Below, one piece after another: positions 57,578-64,000 of a stretch of DNA of 64,000 nt. Below the pieces are notes generated by a model, which had not been told where the DNA came from, did no database searches, and was given only the letters and a program-made list of their open reading frames with translations. Each line of letters opens with the position of its first letter. The first letter of the stretch is position 1. Position numbers and translations under genes: made by a program. Source of the DNA: an uncultured bacterium (GTDB taxonomy: Bacteria > SAR324 > NAC60-12); assembly GCA_965662845.1 (NCBI GenBank), contig CBFIJD010000007.1:39317-103316 (forward strand), in the 5' to 3' direction.

Positions 57578-59475
57578 CCACCCACACTCTGAAACGCAGG
57601 ATCTACAATCTCAATGACCGCGTCTGCGCGGAGGGCCTCGATCTGCTTGCTCGTGATCGCTTCGCGCAGCTCTTGGCGCAGCTCATTGCGAATCCGCGAC
57701 CGGAGCGACGCGGCGTTTTCCACATCGACAAAACGTCGCTCAAACACCAGCAAGTCGGTGCGGCCTTCGTGCACACTCATCGCGGCGCGATGGTCGGCGT
57801 CCAGCTGCAGCGCTTGCTCTCGAAACGCAGGGTTGTCTCCCACCTCTGGTAAGAATCGAGTCTCGGCGTTGAACGCCGTTGTGACGACCTCACGCCCGAG
57901 CTGGGCGGCATATTCGTCCAGAGTCGCGGTCTGATCTTGTAGCTTCTTCACCCATTCTTGCGCCTGCGATGCGGCGAACTGTTGCGCTTTTTGTTCGCGC
58001 ACGGCTTGCTCTGCCTCTCTTTGTACTTCTTCAAAAGGTCTCCGCTCAGGATCGCGCGTCTCTTTCAGCTGATAGAACACATAGCCTTGGGAAGGGTTCC
58101 GCACCCACACGTCGTGGGCGCCTTGCTGTTGGGCGGCCACCATCCGCACCAGCCCCTGCGCAGAGCCGAGTTGTGGAATCACATCAGAGGCGGCAAACCT
58201 GTCGGAGGTGGTCACCTCTTGATCGTATTGCTGGGCCCAAGCGTTCAGCGACTTGGTGTCAAAGGTTGCGCGGAAGGTGTCGCGCGCCTCATCAAGGCTG
58301 CGCTGGGCCAACTCTTCGGCCAAGGTCGCAACAATGTCTTCGCGCACCTCTTCAAGCTCTTGCTGTGTCGACTCGCGGCGCTCCTCAACCTTGATCAAGT
58401 GCATCCCAAATGGGGACTCCACCACGTCGCTGACTTGTCCGGCTTCCAGCGCGAAAGCGGCGTTTTCAAAGGCAGGGACCATCTCTCCGGGGCTGAACCA
58501 TCCTAAGTCCCCGCCGTTGGCGCTAGTTCCATCTTGGGAATATTCTTCAGCTAGGGTCGCGAAGTCAGCACCGGCTTCGAGCTGCTGTTTGAGATCTTCG
58601 AGCTGCTTGCGTTTTTCTAGGCGCAAGACCTCATCGGCCTCAGCAGAAAGCCGCAGCAAGATGTGGCGTGCTCGCACTTGGGCCGGCGTTGTGTAGGCGT
58701 CGGCGTTGCGCTCGTAGTAGCGCCTAACGGCGCGCTCCCGCACCTCGTCTGCATTGGTCACATCCGCTAAACGCAGCGTGAAATAGTCGACGCGATAGGC
58801 GGGCTCTGTTTGAAAATCATTCGGGTTTTCGTCGTAATAGGCCCGCGCCTCTTCGAGGGAGACCTCGACTTGATCGTAGAACGCGCTGGGAGCCAGCTCT
58901 AAGAAGCGCACCTCGACCTGCTCATGCTGTAGGCGAAAGCGTTGCTCAACGTCACGCTCGCTCAAGATGATGCCCGCGGTGAGCAGCTGTTGCTTCTTCT
59001 GAAGCAGCAAATCCATGCGCAGCGACGTCTCATATTCTTCGACAGGGATGCGATTTTGGCTGAGGATTGCTTGGTAGGTTTCAAAGTCGAAGCGGCCCTC
59101 TTTCTGGAAAAAAGGCTGTTGCCGGATATACTCTTGGACTTCCAAATCCGTCACCTGCAAGTTCATAGACTCGGCTGTGTTCAGCAACAATTGGCGGTCG
59201 ATCAGCTGGGAGAAGACCTGCTGGCGCAAGTTCAGCTGTTGAGCAATCTGATCAGCGTTGTCTCCCAGCCGTTGGCGCAACGAGTTGAGCTGCTGGTTGT
59301 ACATGCGCTGGTAGTCTCGCGCTAAAATTTCGGTCTCGTCCACCCGAGCGACGACCTCCTTGCGCGCGCCAAAGAAGGACCCTACTCCAAAAGAGATCAC
59401 AAATGTCAGGCTGAGAAAGCCAAGTAATAGTTTGAACGCAAAATTGTCTGTGTATTTGCGCAGATCCTGAATCAT
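57574..59475 (-). CDS. ppiD: Periplasmic folding chaperone / parvulin PPIase PpiD
   Basis: N-terminal TM, SurA_N-like region, ARHIL, GADFA.LA..YS.D, GGDLGWF..G.MVPAFE and SPFG.HLIKV motifs. Confidence 0.9.
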   Translation of the reverse strand: MIQDLRKYTDNFAFKLLLGFLSLTFVISFGVGSFFGARKEVVARVDETEILARDYQRMYNQQLNSLRQRLGDNADQIAQQLNLRQQVFSQLIDRQLLLNTAESMNLQVTDLEVQEYIRQQPFFQKEGRFDFETYQAILSQNRIPVEEYETSLRMDLLLQKKQQLLTAGIILSERDVEQRFRLQHEQVEVRFLELAPSAFYDQVEVSLEEARAYYDENPNDFQTEPAYRVDYFTLRLADVTNADEVRERAVRRYYERNADAYTTPAQVRARHILLRLSAEADEVLRLEKRKQLEDLKQQLEAGADFATLAEEYSQDGTSANGGDLGWFSPGEMVPAFENAAFALEAGQVSDVVESPFGMHLIKVEERRESTQQELEEVREDIVATLAEELAQRSLDEARDTFRATFDTKSLNAWAQQYDQEVTTSDRFAASDVIPQLGSAQGLVRMVAAQQQGAHDVWVRNPSQGYVFYQLKETRDPERRPFEEVQREAEQAVREQKAQQFAASQAQEWVKKLQDQTATLDEYAAQLGREVVTTAFNAETRFLPEVGDNPAFREQALQLDADHRAAMSVHEGRTDLLVFERRFVDVENAASLRSRIRNELRQELREAITSKQIEALRADAVIEIVDPAFQSVGG

Positions 59476-59758
59476 AACTACCGAGAAGAGAGGCTCGTGA
59501 AAGAAAAATTCCTTATTACAAAGGAGGTTCCGCGAGGTTGCAAGCTGAATTCCTCGCGTTCCGAACACGACCAGAAGGGCGGATGAGCAGCGGTTCTACG
59601 GCTTGTGAAGCGAGAGCAACGCAGGTCAACCCGCCAGCAAGTTTGAGCTTGCTTTTTCTAAAGCGCAAAACGCATGCTTGATTTGTACGTAATGTTGATT
59701 TTTACAAAAAAACAAATTTCTCTTTATTTTTTGCCACTCCCTCATATTCGGTGCCTCT

Positions 59759-62700
59759 ATGCGACGCCATAGTCTTTTGACCATTTCTCTGCTCAGTATC
59801 ATTTTCCTCAGCGCTTGTGGCGGCGGCGGTGGTGGCGGCGGCTCTACCGAGGAAGAGCCCGACACGAACGTGTCGCTTGACGAGTCCACTCCTGCAGGGT
59901 TCTTCGAGGCTAGGATCGCGACCGACGTCATCCAAAACAACTGTATCGACTGCCATGTCAGCGGCGGCATCGCGGGCACCTCCTCGCTCGTGTACATTCC
60001 TTCCAGCAACGCAGATCATGCCACGGTGAACTACGACATCATCAACAGCTACATCCAAAACAATCCCGCGCGGGCAGCCGAGATGCTGCAAAAAGTCCAA
60101 GGGATCTCTCACCCGGGCGGTCTCCGGTTTCCTCCGACTTCGACCGAATATCAAGACTTGGAGACATTTCTAGGGATGATCGCTGGGGGTACCACGAGCA
60201 ATCCGACGCAAGAGACGACAACTGACGAAGCGACGACAACTGATGAAGCGACAGCAGACAACGCAGAGATTACGGTCAATGACGCTCGGTCTTACTTTGA
60301 TGAGCAGGTTTCTCCAGAAGTCATCCAGGCCAAGTGCATTGGGTGTCATGTCAGCGGAGGAGTCGCCCAGGCCAGCGCTTTGGTTTACGCCCCATCGTCC
60401 ACTACAACTCACCTGAACACCAACTACACGCTCCTCACAGAGTACATCGACACCGACCCAACTCGCGCTGAGTACATGCTACAAAAAGCACAGGGCGCTA
60501 ATGGGCATGGCGGAGGAGCCGTGCTCAACGCAAGCTCAGAGAAGTATCAAAAACTTCGGGCGTTTCTGATCTCGATTGGTGGTGACGTCGTGGCGCAAGC
60601 CCCGGCGATGCGAGGCGGCTTTTGGGAAGGCTTGGCGCTGGCGTCACCGGAACAGACGCTGCGACGAGCTGCGCTCATTGTCGCTCGAAGGCTTCCCGCC
60701 GAAGCGGAACTCGCCGCCGTACGTTCAGGAGACGAGACCACGCTGCGTTCTACCTTGCGAGGGTTGATGACTGGAGAGGGCTTTCATCAATTCTTGATCG
60801 ATGGCGCTAACGACCGGCTTCACCTGAAAGCTTTCGACAACGGTCTATTCTTAGAAGTCGCCGATCTCAACGCCGAGCCCCTGTTCCCCCTAGGCGCGAA
60901 AAAGTATTTTGATGAAGGGGACAAGAGCGAAGACCAGCCCGAGTGGATGCGCCAATGGCAGTGGGGCATGACCTACTCCCCCTTGGAGTTGATCGCCCAC
61001 GTTGTGGAGAATGACCGTTCGTATCAAGAGGTGGTGACTGCGGACTACATGATGGTCAACCCGCCGATGGATGAGATCCTACGCAGCGGAACAGGCCTGA
61101 CAGAGTCGGACTCTCATCGAACCTTTCGGGTAGGGCAGAACAACGGACAGATCGTGCCTGACGACCAGCTCCAGTCTGAATTTGTTCAAGACTTTGGGCA
61201 CGATGTCACGTCATGGGGAGATTATATCGACTATCCTCACGCAGGAGTCCTGAGCAGCCACGCCTTCCTCAACCGCTACCCAACCACGGAGACCAACCGC
61301 AATCGCGCTCGCTCGCGCTGGACCTATTATCACTTCCTTGGCGTCGATATCGAGAAGTCGGCGACTCGCACCACTGACCCCGTCGCGCTGGCTGACACTA
61401 ACAACCCCACCATGAATAACCCAGCCTGTACGGTCTGCCACGAGATCCTCGACCCAGTTGCCGGAGCCTTTCAGAATTTTGGAAACGAGGGGTTGTATCG
61501 CGATTCATGGGGCGGGATGGACGCTCTACCCGAGACTTACAAATATCCTGAAAATTTCGATGAAGGGGCGGACTCCGGCTTGTATGTTCACGGTGACACT
61601 TGGTTTCGTGACATGCGCCCTCCCGGCTTCAACGGGATGTATGCCCCCGACGCCAATCAGAGCCTGCCCTGGTTGGGACAACGCATTGCCGATGACCCGC
61701 GCTTTGCGACCGCAGCCATCAAGTTTTGGTGGCCAGCGATCATGGGCGCAGAAGCCAAAACACCGCCGGAAGCAACAGACGCCCCCGACTTCGCCGTCGA
61801 ACTCGCAGCCTTCAATGAGCAAAATCAGTTCATTGAAGAGCTTGGACAGAGCTTCCGCACAGGCATCAACGGCGGGGCTTCCTTCAACGCCAAAGACCTG
61901 TTTGTGGAGATGCTGATGAGCCCTTGGTTTCGAGCCCACACTGCTACCAGTGACGCCGGGCTCGGTGCCTCGTCTGCAAACATTGGAACCCGGCGCTTGC
62001 TGACTCCTGAAGAGTTGGAGGCTAAGTCCGCAGCATTGCTCGGTTGGAAGTGGGGAGAGGATGACCACCCCGATCCTTGGGACTACGACGAGGAGTGGAC
62101 TCAGCTCGGCAATCGCTTTCCGATCTACTACGGCGGCATCGACTCCAATGGCATCAAGGAGCGATCCAGCGCCCTGACTGCCCTGATGACAAACGTCGCA
62201 GAAAAACAAGCCGTGGAAATGGCTTGCCCCGCTGTGGTCATCGACTTTGATCGCGCAGACGGCGACCGCCGACTCTTCAACAACATCGACAGAGCCACCA
62301 CTCCTGCCAGCGAGTTCGGCGACCGCTACTCGGTAGAAGCAGAGCATGAGGAGAGCCCCCAGACGTTTTCCATCGCTGGAGAACTCAGCGCAGGATCAAA
62401 ACAGATCAGGATTTCCTTTCTGAATGATTGGTATGACGAGAGCGTCGGCGATCGCAACCTGCACATCAAGAGCGTCCGCGTCGCCAACAACCGAGGCCAG
62501 ACGGTTTTGTTCCACGGCGCAGACAATCCAGTAGACGGCGCAACCAACAACGACTGCGGTAACCTGCGAGATGGCCTCAGCCTATCGTGCAGTTCAGAAG
62601 GGATCACAGTGCCCTTCGAAGTCAGCACAGCGGGGGCATACACTCTAGAAGTAACCGCTTGGGGAGAGCAAGCCGGACCAGAGACCGCGCAGATGTCGGT

Positions 62701-63052
62701 GACCGTTCAAACAGAAGAGTATGCGCTTGGGACATCTGCGGGAGCGCTGGCGATCAAGCAGAAGCTCATCGACCTACACAAGCAGTTTCTGGGGGAGAGC
62801 CTTCAGCTGGGGGACGATGAACTGGAGTTCAGCTATCGCTTACTCGTCGAGACTTGGGAAGATCGTCAAACCCATGAAAATAACGACTGGACGTGGGACT
62901 GGCCAAATGAGAACTGCCATTTCTACCTCCACAGCCAGTGGGATGGGGAAAACAGCGTCTCCAACAGAGCACAGGATCCCGCTCAGATGCTCTACACCTG
63001 GACGAGCATGCTGATCTACTTGATGACCGACTTTTACTACTTGCACGAGTAG
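59759..63052 (+). CDS. Large lipoprotein with three CxxCH motifs, DUF1588-like region and CBM-like domain
   Basis: LSAC lipobox + poly-Gly; CIDCH, CIGCH and CTVCH; AGVLS..AFL.R...NR.R; F.ND...DRNL.I motif. Confidence 0.8.
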   Translation: MRRHSLLTISLLSIIFLSACGGGGGGGGSTEEEPDTNVSLDESTPAGFFEARIATDVIQNNCIDCHVSGGIAGTSSLVYIPSSNADHATVNYDIINSYIQNNPARAAEMLQKVQGISHPGGLRFPPTSTEYQDLETFLGMIAGGTTSNPTQETTTDEATTTDEATADNAEITVNDARSYFDEQVSPEVIQAKCIGCHVSGGVAQASALVYAPSSTTTHLNTNYTLLTEYIDTDPTRAEYMLQKAQGANGHGGGAVLNASSEKYQKLRAFLISIGGDVVAQAPAMRGGFWEGLALASPEQTLRRAALIVARRLPAEAELAAVRSGDETTLRSTLRGLMTGEGFHQFLIDGANDRLHLKAFDNGLFLEVADLNAEPLFPLGAKKYFDEGDKSEDQPEWMRQWQWGMTYSPLELIAHVVENDRSYQEVVTADYMMVNPPMDEILRSGTGLTESDSHRTFRVGQNNGQIVPDDQLQSEFVQDFGHDVTSWGDYIDYPHAGVLSSHAFLNRYPTTETNRNRARSRWTYYHFLGVDIEKSATRTTDPVALADTNNPTMNNPACTVCHEILDPVAGAFQNFGNEGLYRDSWGGMDALPETYKYPENFDEGADSGLYVHGDTWFRDMRPPGFNGMYAPDANQSLPWLGQRIADDPRFATAAIKFWWPAIMGAEAKTPPEATDAPDFAVELAAFNEQNQFIEELGQSFRTGINGGASFNAKDLFVEMLMSPWFRAHTATSDAGLGASSANIGTRRLLTPEELEAKSAALLGWKWGEDDHPDPWDYDEEWTQLGNRFPIYYGGIDSNGIKERSSALTALMTNVAEKQAVEMACPAVVIDFDRADGDRRLFNNIDRATTPASEFGDRYSVEAEHEESPQTFSIAGELSAGSKQIRISFLNDWYDESVGDRNLHIKSVRVANNRGQTVLFHGADNPVDGATNNDCGNLRDGLSLSCSSEGITVPFEVSTAGAYTLEVTAWGEQAGPETAQMSVTVQTEEYALGTSAGALAIKQKLIDLHKQFLGESLQLGDDELEFSYRLLVETWEDRQTHENNDWTWDWPNENCHFYLHSQWDGENSVSNRAQDPAQMLYTWTSMLIYLMTDFYYLHE
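60215..60250 (+). repeat. 18-bp tandem duplication encoding TTTDEA x2 (linker between haem domains)
   Basis: ACGACAACTGACGAAGCG / ACGACAACTGATGAAGCG. Confidence 0.8.
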
Positions 63053-63063
63053 GGAGAACCACC

Positions 63064-64000
63064 ATGAGAAGAAGAGAATTCCTGACCAAGACAATGTTGA
63101 TGGGAGCCGCCGGGCTGATGCTGCCAACTCCGCGTCTCTATGCAGCGAGCCTCACTCCGTACACTGGGCGTCTGCTAGTGACCCTACAAGCTGAAGGCGG
63201 CTGGGATGTCACCAGCTTTTGCGACCCAAAAATGAACCAGCCCGGCGAACCAGAAATCACAAACTGGTCGAAGACGAACGAGACCCAAACAGCGGGAAAC
63301 ATCGCCTACGCGCCTTTCGCCAGAAACGCGGCGCTCTTCGAGAAGTATCACTCCTACATGCTGGTGATCAACGGCATCGACGCTCAAACCAACTCTCACA
63401 CCACAGGCGTGCTGCACAACTGGAGCGGGCGCAACGCAGAGGGATTCCCTTCGCTCACAGCGCTCTTTGCCGCCCGCAATGCTCCTGAGCAGCCGCTCTC
63501 TTACATCAACTTTGGCGGGTTCAGCCAGACGGGAGGGCTAATTCGCTACAGTCGATTGGAGGATGTCAACACACTTCGGGCGATCCTAGAGCCAGAAAAG
63601 CAGCGCTATGATGCGGAGCAAGACCAACAAGTCTACGTCCGCAGACCCAGCGACATGGAGCGCATCCGCCAATTCAGAAGGCGGCGTCTGGCCCGCATGC
63701 TAGACAACCCCAACTTGCTGGACCGAAAGCGGACCAATCTGAGCGCCTACGCTGACGCGCTCCAGAGCAAAAGCGCTCTGAGTAACTTCAGCCAGTTCCT
63801 GCCTGCCGAAGACCAAATCTTAGAGGATGTGCAAGTCCACACACGCCACAGCAGCAACCTGCCCCGACAAATTCAAATGGCGCTCGCCGCCTTCCAGTCG
63901 GGCCTCACCTCAGCCGCAGATTTGTACACCGGAGGCTACGACACTCACACTGACCATGACCGTCAGCACGAGGCCTTGTTCGGCCACCTCGCTGATATGA
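63064..64000 (+). CDS. Tat-exported DUF1501 family protein (3'-truncated; absent from the ORF track)
   Basis: MRRREFL Tat signal; GGWDVTSFCDPK and GGYDTH motifs; GGGAG RBS. Confidence 0.85.
   Translation, partial: MRRREFLTKTMLMGAAGLMLPTPRLYAASLTPYTGRLLVTLQAEGGWDVTSFCDPKMNQPGEPEITNWSKTNETQTAGNIAYAPFARNAALFEKYHSYMLVINGIDAQTNSHTTGVLHNWSGRNAEGFPSLTALFAARNAPEQPLSYINFGGFSQTGGLIRYSRLEDVNTLRAILEPEKQRYDAEQDQQVYVRRPSDMERIRQFRRRRLARMLDNPNLLDRKRTNLSAYADALQSKSALSNFSQFLPAEDQILEDVQVHTRHSSNLPRQIQMALAAFQSGLTSAADLYTGGYDTHTDHDRQHEALFGHLADM

Noticed and set aside
59696..59709. FNR box (TTGAT-N4-ACAAA)
   Set aside because: The second half-site is poor and it lies in an AT-rich tract

Overview
A gene-dense (GC-rich, by eye ~55-60%) chromosomal segment of a flagellated Gram-negative bacterium. 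The gene repertoire is suggestive of a marine deltaproteobacteria-like lineage such as SAR324; this is inference and not verifiable here. Housekeeping genes include the 3' end of the ATP synthase operon (atpA-G-D-C), rlmE, a murG-like gene, fadD, engB, tatB, guaA, pgi, recO, dnaE, ahcY, hemH and ppiD. There is an incomplete flagellar basal-body cluster (flgB-flgC-[FliE-like]-fliE-fliF-fliH-fliI, with no fliG or fliJ) carrying two sigma54-type promoter motifs, and many isolated pieces of normally intact operons. The most notable items are: (1) a 4-coumarate-CoA ligase + tyrosine ammonia-lyase pair (the photoactive-yellow-protein chromophore pathway) with no pyp gene in the window, tightly coupled to a Sel1/beta-barrel gene and a FecR-domain gene; (2) a divergent second FliE-like gene; (3) a near-consensus sigma28 promoter in front of an orphan 65-aa protein; (4) a compact four-way-junction RNA structure in the ahcY leader; (5) a ~95-aa non-intein insertion in DnaE; (6) a REP-like palindromic repeat cluster; (7) several degenerate two-component signalling proteins; (8) an RND adaptor lacking its alpha-hairpin; (9) a tri-haem lipoprotein + Tat-exported DUF1501 pair at the right edge. 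No rRNA, tRNA, CRISPR array, transposase or prophage was recognised.
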